Positions 27,874-40,084 of a DNA stretch of 64,000 nucleotides are shown here, piece by piece. How positions within the stretch are numbered: the first letter of the stretch is position 1; each line of letters opens with the position of its first letter. The DNA comes from Rhizophagus irregularis (lineage: Eukaryota), in assembly GCF_026210795.1 (NCBI RefSeq), contig NC_089434.1, positions 5,332,001 to 5,396,000 on the forward strand. Direction: 5' to 3'. The translations under genes and the position numbers were made by a program. The notes under the pieces are model-generated. The model did not search any database, had not been told where the DNA came from, and saw only the letters and a program-made list of their open reading frames with translations.

Positions 27874-28768
27874 TCTGCGTACAGTAAATTCAGTTTATCT
27901 ATACGCTGCGTCAACTGCGCGGGACAAGGCCTAATCCGTTGCCAGAAATTACACTTCGGTCTTGTAAATCGATATCAGAAATTACGATACAGCTTTGTGC
28001 TGTATGTTTCTTTTAAAAAAATTATATATATAATATTGAAGTTTTGTAAGGTGAAGCTGGTTTGTGAGAGATCGTAATCGCTTATTCGAGTTTATCAACT
28101 TTGGATTGTAGTAGTATATAATTATTTTCTCGAGTGAGGTTTATTAAATCAGAAGTTTCCTGTTTTAATTTTTAAAAAAAATAAATAGGTATATATTTGT
28201 TAGTAAACCCGACGCATAATATCAAATATTCGTAAAAATTATTTTATAAGAAAAAAATTGAACCTTCGGAACCGAATATTTTTTTGGGAAGAGAAAGCAA
28301 AAAAAATTAACTCCTAGATCACGTCACGATTTTATAGGATTTTACGACGCGACGTCTACGATTTCATAATTAAACGTGTTCACCTTTTGGAAGATTAGCG
28401 CGTGTACTTTGCATTTTAGGAACATGTTATTAGTTTTATTAGTTTGTATATCACATGAAAGTTTTATTTATGCAGACTTCGTAAATCCGATCCTGGTGTA
28501 ACAAATAACAGGTGATCGATAAATCATAAATAAGGCCCATCAAAAAATAAACCGCGTCTAACCCATCCATTAAGGTATTTAATCAAAACTCATAAATACG
28601 ATAAATACGAAGCTTTTTTTAAGAAGGTATTGGTCAATTAGACAATATTTTAGTTGTGTAAGTGTTAATATAATAATAATAATATTTTATAAAAGTTATT
28701 TTATTCTTTATTTGTTCCGTAAGCGCTATTATTAATAAATTTGTATTTATAACTTTTTAGTTAACGTA

Positions 28769-29291
28769 ATGGCGTCAAATTCAAGTTCTAGTAATCTTTT
28801 CTTTCCTTCCCAAACACCTGCTTCGCCAAATTTTCTTTGTAAAGTATGCCTTCGTTCATTTCATTCAGAACGTGGATTGTTACTGCATCGCAAAGCTATC
28901 AGTAAATGTAATAGACTTACAGAACATATTACGTCAAATTCAAGTTCTAGTAATCTTTACTCTCCTTCCCAAACACCTTCTTCGCCAAATTTTCTTTGTA
29001 AAGCGTGCCTTCGTTCATTTCATTCAGAACGTGGATTGTTACTGCATCGCGACACTATCTGTGAATATAATAGACCTACAGAACATATTACCATCACGAA
29101 CAATTAAAGAATTCCATGAAATTTTTGTATATTATATTCATGAGAAATTAAGCAAAAATCACACCATAGCTTTGGCTGGACGTCGAACAATTTCTTCTCC
29201 CTGTACCTCAAAAGTCAATTTTTCTCATTTTCGTGGATTTATTCATACTTTTCAAGTCAAGAGGGGTATTTATATAATTATCTCAAATTAG
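28769..29291 (+). pseudogene. Zinc-finger protein (two tandem C-x2-C-x12-H fingers) with a frameshift near 29090
   Basis: 159-bp (53-aa) direct repeat starting at 28773 and 28932 encodes CKVCLRSFHSERGLLLH and CKACLRSFHSERGLLLH. Protein-like sequence continues in another frame (LPSRTIKEFHEIFVYYIHEKLSKN..). Confidence 0.7.
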
Positions 29292-29335
29292 AAGAAAAAT
29301 AGATTTATTTAGAAATTTATATAGAAATAATAAAA

Positions 29336-29478
29336 GGGCATTGCTAAATCTCACCACAGGTGATTTTCACCGCACCAGCATCAGCAAATATCAATGGAGT
29401 TTCATGACATATTTATTTTAATTCTGCCCGAAATTCTTGTAAGATGACAATCAAAAGCGGTGATATTTAGCAATACTC
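29336..29478. mobile_element. 143-bp MITE
   Basis: TIR GGGCATTGCTAAATCTCACC / GGTGATATTTAGCAATACTC (17/20 match), flanked by AATAAAA on both sides (29329-29335, 29479-29485). Confidence 0.7.
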
Positions 29479-29769
29479 AATAAAATTGAAATTTACCACT
29501 AGGTTTGATTTTTTTTATTAATAATTTGAATTTTTTGAGGTTTATCACAAATAAAAGAAATATTATCAGATAATTTATAAAGTGATCTGCTTTCTTCTTT
29601 AAGAATTTCTACTATTGCAACCTTAGAATTAATAAGTTTGCCTTCATCTTTTCATAGTTTTGCAAAAAAAAATGATACATACATATCAATTACCGCGCAT
29701 ATAATAAAATTTATTTCTTATTAAAATCGGGTTTATTGGCTAAATTTGATTTTCGAATCCATAATTCTG

Positions 29770-29911
29770 GCCAAATTGGATTAATTCCGGCCAACTTTAT
29801 TATGTCGGCCTAAATTTGATAAAAATTGAAAAATGCATTCTAGCCAAATTGGCTTAATTCCGGTCAACTTTATAATGCCGGCCTAAATTTGATAAAAATT
29901 GAAAAATGCAG
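29770..29911. repeat. 73-bp tandem repeat, about 2 copies
   Basis: gccaaattgg.ttaattccgg.caactttat.atg.cggcctaaatttgataaaaattgaaaaatgca at 29770 and 29843. Related ggccagaatta/ataattctggcc motifs at ~565, ~47040 and ~60740. Confidence 0.85.
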
Positions 29912-30549
29912 TATAAAATCTTGTTGATATTTAAAAGTATGTTAATGTTTTTTAAGGTATATATTTTATTTGCTAAAAATAAGAATTAATAAGAATTAAG
30001 AAAAACTTTAAATTTGTCAAATATAATAAATAATTTAAAACTTCAAATTAAGATAGAAAGTATTTTATATAATTTTATAATAAAAAAAAAGTTCAAAAAA
30101 ATATTAATTCAAAATCTATAAAGAAAAAATTTTTTTTTTTTTATTATATTTATATAATAATATTATCTGTTATTATTCTAAATAGTTTAAATATTTTGAA
30201 AAAATCATAATTTATTCCCAAATTTTGTAAATTTTAAAGAATTATAATATTACAAATATAGTAATTTTATTTTATAAAAAGCAATTAAAATTATTTGACC
30301 ATTTATTTTATATAGTTATATTAAATAATTAATTTATTATAAATAATAATAAACTTAATAAGATAAAAAATAATTTTATAATAGTAAAACTTGTATAAAT
30401 TTAATATTTTTAAAAAAAGCAATTATATTAATATAATTTGACATTTATTATATGTATAAATAAATAGAATTCTACCTACTATTAAAATAAGTCACTTTAC
30501 ATCACTTGAAATCAATATTCAATATATTTAATATGATTAATATATATTA

Positions 30550-31550
30550 TATATACAGATGGCTTGCTAACAAACCATTTTAATACAAAATTAAATACCT
30601 TCACAAAATACATGAGTACAGGTTGGGTAATAATAAATGATAAAAATAAGGTAATACTGAAATGTAGTAACTTAATTACAGAATGGCCATCATCTATATG
30701 TGCAAAATTGAGAGCTATTCTATCAGCTATACTGGGTCAGAAAGCAAATATCTTTACAGTTTCTTAAGCCACGATAGATAGCATCAATTACATAAGAATA
30801 AATTTAATGAATAGAAAAAATAAAATATGAATATGGTATAAAAACAACAATTACAGCATAATTAGTACAGTTTACCCTTCCTATAGCGAATTTTGATATA
30901 ACAAATCATGTGACGCTTAGCCAATAAAATATCCCTCACTATAATGAAGTAACCAATCAAATTCTTCAAATTTTTCGTTAACTTGCTATAACAAATTTGA
31001 GGTGCAGAATGGCTTCTTCGCTATATCAAGGGTAGATTAGTATAATTAATCTTATTGATAGCAAACATTTAGAAGTGAAACTAATAAAGGTCAAAAACCA
31101 CTCAGAAGTTAAAGGTAATAAAAAAGCAGATAGAGTAGCAAAAATGATACAGGAAAATTAATCTGCATCATAATTAATGATTTATAACAAAAGGACTTAA
31201 AATATAATTTATATTGGGATGATAAAAAGGTAAACAGATATATCAGAAAATTTATAGATAATTTATATACTGTAAGTTTGTAGAAGCATCATGGTCTTTC
31301 AACAGAAGAATTTTCCAAGATATGATATACATGATATAAAAAAAAGTTACTTGGGCATTATTTAAAAAGAATATAAAATTTAACTGCACAACAACATCAG
31401 TAAATAACAATTTCATTAAACACTTAAAACTTATAAACAATTTATTACCAACTCTGAAAATTATGAAAGAAAGGAGATATGATTTATATGGAGATGTAAA
31501 GTGCAGGCTATGTCTTGTAGAAAATGAAGATGACGATCACATAATTTACA
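30550..31550 (+). mobile_element. Non-LTR retrotransposon (LINE) remnant: RNase H plus C-terminal zinc-binding domain
   Basis: IYTDG..STGWVI..EWPSSICAKLRAILSAIL..NIFT..KLIKVKNHSEVKGNKKADRVAK (RNase H); LINNLLPTLKIMKERRYDLYGDVKCRLCLVENEDDDHI (CxxC..E...H). Contains stops and frameshifts. Confidence 0.9.
30868..31040. mobile_element. Tc1/mariner-like MITE nested in the LINE RNase H
   Basis: TA|CAGTTTACCCTTCCTATAGCGAA ... TTCGCTATATCAAGGGTAGATTAG|TA. Removing the element and one TA restores the frame NYSIISIINLIDSK. Confidence 0.85.
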
Positions 31551-31794
31551 ATCATATAATAGGTAAAAATTACAGCTAATAAGTTTTTTTAGGAAGTTTG
31601 TATATTTAAAAACAAAAAATATTTTGATTATGATTATCAAATAGGCAAAAATTTTTTTTAAAAAATTTGTGCTATATGTAAGAATAAGAACTTTTTTTTT
31701 TAAAAAAAAATAATAATGTAATTTAATAATCACAAATTCGCTATTCTTGAGCTTTTCTTAAAGGAATTTAATTAAATTTAAACTATTTACTTCC

Positions 31795-33929
31795 TTACAT
31801 CTTTCTTTACCATTTTCATTAAACAAATTTTTACTCACTTTACTCATTCCACTTTTCCATTTAAATAATTTTTTAGTAATCTTTCCAACATAATACTACT
31901 TTTATCCAATCCTTGTCTTTCAGCAATATGCATAGTTGATAAATACTCCCTTAGTTGTGAATATTCCCTTTCATTTTCCATCATTATCAATATAGTATTG
32001 TTTAAATGATCTAAATCTTCTTCGGAAGAATTTCTTGAAGTTTCAGTAGCGTGACTTGTTATATCTTATTCAATCTCTTGTAATATTTCTGCCAATAAAT
32101 TCCATTTTGGAACTTCTTCTAATACAGGCTGTATATCCGGAGGTAATTTTGATGTCGGATATGTTTGAATAAGAATTTTTTTGAGTATTATCTGTAGGAT
32201 TTGTAGTTGATGTACGAACGAATACACATCTTTTCGCCACCTAAATAAAGTAAACCCCGATAAATTTGTATAACCAGTCAAACGTAAACTTTGTAAAAAT
32301 ATATCTATGAATATAATTACACTAAAAATCGTACAGCATCCAAAGATAACCAAGGAGATTCTTGTTGTTGTGATAAAGCAGAAGTGGGAGTTTGACTTGT
32401 AATAATGGTTTCTAAAAAACTATTAAATGATACGCAACCATAACTAACCAAGTAACAATAATATTAAAAGTTGATTCAGTTAAATTCAAAAAAGAACCCA
32501 AAAAGAAATTAACGAAAAAACTTAATCAAATACATACCCAAGTAACTTTCTTAGAGTAGTTAAATCATTAACTATCAACTTAGTTTTTGATCTGACACGA
32601 TGCCAGACAGGTTCCAAATTGTCGTTTTATTATTACATCGAAATGAATTTTCTACTGATAAATCATCAACGTTGAATTAATCACAAACTTTCGGTTAAAA
32701 TAAAAATACTGGAAATTTTATAACTTACCCAATTTCCATCCCCCTTTTTTGTTCACTTAAACAAGCTTCAATACATTTGGTAATAGCCTGTTGAATTTCG
32801 TTCATTGATGGGTTTAAAGGTTGATACAATCCTGCTACATCCGCTTTACGCTGTTCTAAGCAATCCCTTATCACATCACATGAAATCTGGTGAACATAAA
32901 TACAAGACAAACCTCGGATATAAAAAAACTTTACGTAATTGAAGTTTGTAAAGGTGATAATCCTGATGAAATAAATGACTTTATAAATCCCTCCTACAAT
33001 AAATACAGGGAGCATAACGATATTAAAAAAACAAATTATATATTAGAGTAATAAGAAAAGCATGAAGGTATGTACCTTATTCTCTTCTTTTAAATATTCT
33101 CAAGATGAATACTTCTGTTGAAGTTTCATTCACCCTAAAGCAAAAGAAGTACATATGTTAATCAATTCGATGTTAAATTTATACATAAACAAAAAACTTG
33201 TCCAACAAAGATATAACCAAAAAAGGTATCACCCATTTGTAAAAGAAAAAAATATGCAATACCTTTCAGCGTGCATAACTAAAATTCTAGTAATCAGATA
33301 AGTTTTTGTAAAAGATCAATTATAAGTATTCTTGAAGTTATAGACCAGAAACGTATAATTCTGATCTATAAATAAATTAAATAAATACTTTTAAATTATG
33401 ATTCTTTATTCATTGATCATTTTTATTTTCTCTCTTTTTTTTTTCCTTGATACAATAATATCAGATATATTTAAATTTGCGTTCCATTAAATCCATCCTT
33501 ATTTCCGATTTTCTTTTCTTCATAGCTTTTACTTATTAAAAATTTTAATTTTACTAATCTTTCATTTCTAATCTTTATTAATCTTTATAAATTTACTCCT
33601 TCTCAATTCTCTTATCGTGAATTAACCTTTCTCTAGAATTAGTTTCATTATTAACAACGCGAAGTCCAGGATTCTTGACAACCACATTCAGCAAGTTCTT
33701 CTTTAATAAAGTTTAACTCGTGTCCATTAGCATTCAGTAATATTACTAAAGATTCTTTATCAGAATAAATTTTTAGTAGTGCACTACGTAAGCCAAACCA
33801 CGGCTTAACATAAGTAAACCATCTTCAGATAACAATTTTTCGATAAGGTGACGATAGATTTCTAGTGGGAGTGTGCAATAATATGTAAGCTGAGTTGAGG
33901 AAAGCGGAGGTAAGTTTGTATGAGAGCAT
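31795..33929 (-). pseudogene. RAD1: XPF/ERCC4 (RAD1/rad16/MEI-9) N-terminal helicase-like region; frameshifted and lacking the nuclease domain
   Basis: Exon pieces LSEDGLL, PGLRVVNNETNSRER, SITSRILIIDLL, LVMHAE/RVNETSTEVFILRIF, LEQRKADV..LYQPLNPSMNEIQQAITKCIEACLSE, GCVSFNSFLETI..SPWL, PVLEEVPKWNLLAEILQEIE, ILIMMENE..QLREYL. Several frameshifts and stops. Confidence 0.88.
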
Positions 33930-34320
33930 ATTTGAAAACGAGAGGAATAATGAGATTCGGGAGGTGATCTTACTGGAAAAAAGTCGGAATCATTTATGAA
34001 GACATTGTAGGTTCAGAAGGTGGTTCTGTTCTTTCTTTCTCTTCCAATCAAGGTGGCAACATCCTGTTTCCGTAAGGTACAGTCGTGTTTTGGTTATCAG
34101 TTTATCGAATTACTTTTAGTCTTAGTATGTAGAACTCGGTAATTTTTACTGTAACTCCGTTCGTTTTGTGAATTAAAAATAAAAATAAAAAATTTATGAC
34201 GACATTGTAGTAACAACTAATTTTTTTGTCGATCATTTTCCGTTAGATTTGAAATTGATTTTTTATTTCAAATGATTAATTTAATTGTATAGTGTTTTTT
34301 TCAAATTTGTCAACCATCTA

Positions 34321-36131
34321 CTAGTTATTATTTTCCTTTCCATTCTTTTTTAGTAGCTTTCTATTATTATTTTTGGATTGGGGAACTATTTTTGCTGTTG
34401 AAACGTTCTCCGACATCGTATTAGGTTCATTTAATGCTTGTAATTTTATACGTCTTTTCTCCCCAATCAGTGGTGAAACGGGTTTGGTTACTTTTCTGTT
34501 AAATTCTATTTTGACGGGCGCATACCTTTTGATTGGCTGAGCACGGTGTACTAATTCGGCTCTCAATTGACGAATTTCTCGAATTTCTCGTTTATTACGT
34601 TCCTGATTATAATTTTTAAATGCATTTCGAATTTATTTATGATCATCGTTTCTCAAATAAAAATGTTTTATATCGTACCTCCTCTTCGTTTTGCTTTCGT
34701 ATCTTTTCTTCTTGCTCACGTAAGTTTCTCTGTTTATCATATACCTTACGTTTTTCAAGACGTTCATCGGAATGAAGTTTGAATTCAACAGTTTTCGTTA
34801 TAGGTTTATCCGATTTTTTCGGACGATAAGGTACCACATTAGGCGCTGGTCTTGCACGAAATGGTAAATCTTCCTTTGTAATTTTTTCACGTAAAGATTG
34901 TTGGTATTTTTCTCCTCTAATGTCAGTCCTTAGTTTAAAAGGCTTAGTCGCAGTAGTAGGTAACGGAGGCAAACCCTATAATAAGAAATAATTAATTAAA
35001 ATACGAACGAAATTTTTTTTTTTTTTACCATAAATATATTTTGTCAAGTAACTTACACCATGTAAACCACTAGGAAGTGGTTGAGCCTTAAATTTGTAAG
35101 GTTCAGTTTTCTTGACGCGCCCAGAATTGTTATCAACCGGTTTTGATTGTATTTTATTATTATTAATTCCATTTTCATTGTTCTTCAATCTATAGAAATT
35201 ATTATAAATATTTAATATATAAAATATAAAATGGAGAAAAACTCTTTATTTAATTAAGTTTACCTGGTTCTTTCAGCCCTTAATTTAGTGCGCAAGAATG
35301 GAGACTTCGTTTTTGTAGGAAGATTAACATAATTCGATGTAGACTATAAAATTTAAATTTTTTAGCTTAGTTAAATTTAGCTTAGTTAAATTTAATTTAA
35401 TTATAACTATCAGAAATGACATGTTCCCTTACTCTCATTGTCACAAGCTTTGGTTTGAGTTTGTCTGGAGTTTTTTCTATAAATTGTTGTATACGCTCTG
35501 CCAATGAAATAATTGGCGATTTACGCGCATCCGAACACTTTCTCGCGTTAAATCTTTTGATAAGTTGTTGTCGTTTCTTAAAATATAAATAACAAAGGTA
35601 TTGACTATTTGAATAAGAATATGATTATATGATTAGGTATTATACGAATATTCATACCCGAATCCCTTGAGATTTACGACCAAGATATTTTTTTATTTGT
35701 TTATCAATATTAGTAGGTTTGATAATAACCTCGTTTACAGGTTTTTCTAAAAAGTTTACAACTGGCAGTTCATTATTTTTATCATCACTGGCTTTTACGT
35801 CGAGATTATCAAGAAATTTTATTCTTTTTGGTTCTCTCAAAGGACTCTTAGTAGTAAGTTTCTCAATTATAAATTTAGCATAATCCCTTGACGGTGTAAG
35901 AAGGGTTAGTCTCCTTGTTGCGGAACTTGTTGAGGAACCTATGGGATTTAGGAAACGTGTAGTTAATAAAATTAATAACAAAACCATATTAAATGCTTCG
36001 AAAAAAAATTCGTTCAATGTACCAAAAAAAGAATCTCCTTGACTAAAAGTTGCACTATTATTCAAGTTTCTGTAACGTGGAGCGAGGAAAGAAAAAGAAT
36101 TCGGTGTTTCAATTTCTAAATTCTTGGACAT
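34321..36131 (-). CDS. TPX2: TPX2 homolog (spindle assembly factor), 441 aa; exons 36131-36023, 35938-35658, 35576-35433, 35343-35264, 35189-35057, 34975-34679, 34602-34321
   Basis: All six GT-AG introns splice into one 1326-nt ORF. Motifs FSFLAPRY..GDSFF, SLAERIQQFIEKTP, TKTKSPFLRTKLRA, YKFKAQPLP, TKPFKLRTDIRG, PFRARPAP, KPITKTVEFKLHSDER, IRQLRAELVHRAQPI..KVTKPVSP. Confidence 0.92.
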
Positions 36132-39100
36132 TATTATTTTTTTTAACAAAAATAAAGAAAATACAAGAAAATACGAAAATAAGTTGTAGTGTTTACTTAT
36201 GCGCAGTGTTTACAAGAAAGACGCGAATAGAATATTATGAATATTTATCGCGAATTTGCGTCACATGCTTTATTTGTAAATGATCTGCATGGTCACATGG
36301 TGCAGTAGCAGACCTCTACGTTGGCCCAACCGCCCGAAGGGTGTGACTATATAGGGGTCGACTGACCCAACGTTTCCAGTTCATTAAGTTAGAATTTTAT
36401 ACTACTTAACATATTCCAAACATACTTTACCGCTACCAACTACCTTTTCATTTTTTTTCGGTTATTTATATTTTCGTGCTAAAAGAGTAAAAGTTAGGAA
36501 CAATCGTTACTTTACTTCTTCCAACAAACCCACGAAGTTCTTCCCAAAATACATTATGACCGTTTTACCACCACACCTGTTTCTCAGGCTGTTCTGCGTC
36601 TTTACAAACCTACAACATTCATTACTAATATCTTAGAGCTTCGACAAAGCGACTGTTCCTTCGCCCAATCACAGGCTCGTCGTGTCAAAATACCGTTTTC
36701 AGAAATATACAATGATTACACAAATTCCTATCGGAAGAACCTTCCAGAAATACACGATCGCCGATCTCGTGACAAATCTTACGAATATCACTTAGAACGT
36801 ACTAGACTACTAGGCCATTTCATTTTTTTGGCTTACGTATAAATAATTTGTATCGTGACTTTCATTTTCGATTGAATGAAAATGAAATAATTTTTATACG
36901 AAGGATCTTTATCTAACAACAGCATTCTATACCTGACAGTATTTACGTATAGTATTGCTTGATAAAGAAAAATACAGATGTAATTAGAAGTACCCTTTTT
37001 TTTACATTGTGTTATCCGGCGGAGCTCCCGTTCTCTCTCATTTTTACCACCAAGATAACATCGCCTTACTTTTGATTTTAGTTATTAATTTCTTTGTAAT
37101 TTGTACTGTAACCTCGTTCACTTTGTGAAATAAAAATAAAAAAATAAAAATAAAATTTCCAAAATTAAAATTAAGAACCCCTTAATTATTATTACATGTA
37201 TCTAATAAATTGATTTACGGGAATTCCGAAGCGTAAGCGGAGGACTAATAGATAAAAGATCAGTTCTTACAGCCAATAAAAATTTGTGCCACATATCACT
37301 GCGCAGATGTGATTTTTTTGTTCTCCAAAAATAAAATAAAATAAAATAAGGTTTAGGGATCAGATTAGACTATAAATAGTATAAGACAGCATTTATAGTG
37401 AAGACCCGTCTCCGTATACACATTATTATAGTAATAAATATCATTCTATTACATTTTTTACATTGTGATTTAATTGTAATTACAAGAAAAAACTCCAGTA
37501 AATAAAATCTAAGTGAAATTCTAATAAATTAACAAACCTCCAAGTACAAAGTACAAGTGCGATTAAAATGCGTAAAATTAGATTAAAAGAAGTTCATAAA
37601 GAAATATATCACTAAAATTATTGGTGCGAATGTAGCGACACTTCAGGCCCCACAACGGACCCCGTTTCTTATTCTAGTAATAAATTTTTAATTATGCCAT
37701 TTTTAATATTCTTATTTCTAACATTTTCACGTAACACTAAAATATTGTGATGATGATATAATACATGTTAATTGTAAACACATTTTGGTTTTTATTTATG
37801 CAAAATAAACTGTTTGAACCCTACGTCTAATAAAATATTAGAGTTTTTTTTAATCATGTCATATGCTTACTATATGCATATGATGTATTTATTTATTCAT
37901 GTCCTTTGTTTAAAGTGTAATTGTTGATAAACCAAATTTGATAGAGGATCGCTGATCGACATTTTTCATATTCAAATAGGTTTATATCAATAAATCTTTT
38001 TTTTACAGATGCAGATACACAGAACGGCCAGAACGCCCCATAAATCTTTAAGTGAGTTCAAATCGGAAAATTTATTATGATTTGCAAAAGTTCTCAATGC
38101 AATATAGTTTAGTAAATTAATGAGAGCCACTAAAAACTTTCTTTTTGTTGTACACTATATGCGTATATATACAATTACGGAACTTTTGAAAGAATTTCCA
38201 TCATCACTAATTTTTTTTTTTTCAATAATTAATGATATTTTAACATCCACTTATGTCTAATAAGTCGCAAATTATTTCTATTTTTCTTTATTTCATTCAA
38301 TTAGTCATATGTCTAAATTGATCAATCTAATCTAAGCTTCCAGTCCTTCTTATAAATTTATATACATACAGTATATATTTCACGGAAACTTTATTCCGTG
38401 TCACATTATTTTATTTACTTTTATTCAATAAAATCATTGTATATTTTATTACTATCATACGTTCGCAAATGTAAAATCTTTTTGGACTAACTATTTTGAT
38501 TGAAGCGTATGTTCGACTGTTCCATGCATATGAACAAAAGAAAATAGGGTGTATATTATTTATGCCAAGATATTGAAATGAACGCGTCCGCGTATCCCCC
38601 CTTATTGTGTTTCATACGTCTTTGATGCTGCGATTGCTGCGTAAGGTTCAAATCAAATATAAAAGCGGCTATGATTTAATCTTGAGAAAATTAGTATGAA
38701 AAAAAATTATGATATTAAATTAAGCTTTATAAACTTAAGACACAATTAATAATACTTATATTATGAGGAATGAAGGATTCTACCTATAAATATTATATTT
38801 TCATAAAGTGGTTAGTGATACGAATTTATTAAATTTGTAACTCGTAAAAATGTCAATTATTAATCCTTTTTTTTTTTGCAACCCTTATTACACTTCTAGA
38901 GGCATTCGTACATGCCAAACATGCTGGGAATACATTCGTAAATTTCATGCGTTCCAATCGCTTTACCGTATATTTACAGAATCGTTAAATTCGTTATTAT
39001 TATTATTTTTTTTTTAAAAAAAAAATATCGATTTATTATTCATTGATTTAAGCACTACGATTCATTATTAGTTATTTGTTCCATTTATTTTTATTTCCTA

Positions 39101-39862
39101 GTAAAATGTAAATAGATTTTATATTTTTCATTTTTTTTTCTTTATTTTTATTATTTTTTGTTTTTTCTTTGTATTTCTATATATATATACATATTATATG
39201 TATTATTTTTTATTTTTATCCTTAGATTTCTATATATATGTGTGTATATGTATATAAAAATATATATATATTTTTGATATTCGAATAAACATATTATTGG
39301 ATTAACAGTACATTTATGGTTCACGTGGAATTTAATGTTTAGTGGCGATTAAAAAGATCGTGTGAAAAATGTGGCACAGTAGTTTATACCCGATCAGTAA
39401 TCGTAATTAAAAAAAATAGAATTTTGAGATCTAAATTGCCCAGAGTTAATCGAATGGTTGGTAAGTCTGGAATTAAAAACTAACCAATTCATTTTAGACC
39501 GGTTAGTAACTTGGATCAAATCTTCTATGTAACCTGTTTTATCTGTTATGGCTTATTGTTTGGCCTTAGACTGTGTCTTGGTTGCCGTCTGGCACTGCCC
39601 AAGGATATTTGTTCTCCTGTTGAATGAACAAATTCATTCGCAAAGTCGAAGAAACAGTAAAATTTGTGAAAACCGGGCGGCTATACACTGGCTATGCTGG
39701 GCTTTTGAAGGGCTTTTTTTCATTCACTTCAATTTTCATTGGATCTTTTCTTAACAATACAGCCTCCTCTTCACAAGGTTTTCCTAAATATTATTTTATA
39801 AAACATGTTTTTACCTCCTTTTCAAAAATTAGTTTATGTGTTACCAAGCGTTGGCCTTACCC

Positions 39863-39869
39863 TATATAA
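39863..39869 (+). promoter_or_regulatory. Candidate TATA box of the small CaaX gene
   Basis: TATATAA about 60 nt upstream of a canonical 5'-UTR intron (GTAAGG at 39925 ... TTTACAG at 40024). Confidence 0.5.
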
Positions 39870-40084
39870 TAAGCACCTAATCCTTCAATTCTTTCGCAAG
39901 CTCTTCATTCGTGAGTTTCCTCTGGTAAGGAAATCTGTAAATGTATAAGGATGTTATTGGTGATTATAATTGAGATTTCTAATCATTTTAATACGTATTT
40001 TTTTTATTATTTTTATATTTACAGGCTCAGAGTCGGAGTTTTATCTATAAGAATCGACCTACTTATTCAATTCACTAAATAATC

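Noticed and set aside
34567..36283. Plus-strand ORFs 34567-34782 and 36050-36283
   Set aside because: Antisense shadows of the TPX2 gene.
36300..37150. Possible retroelement ORF1/3'-UTR remnant ending in an A-rich tail
   Set aside because: No diagnostic motif could be read, so it was not called as a feature.
37902..37910. TCCTTTGTT as an HMG (PRE/TR-box-like) binding site upstream of the CaaX ORF
   Set aside because: A single short match 2 kb upstream in AT-rich DNA; expected by chance.
39548..39869. ORFs 39548-39754 and 39624-39869
   Set aside because: No recognisable motifs; they overlap the presumed promoter of the spliced CaaX ORF.
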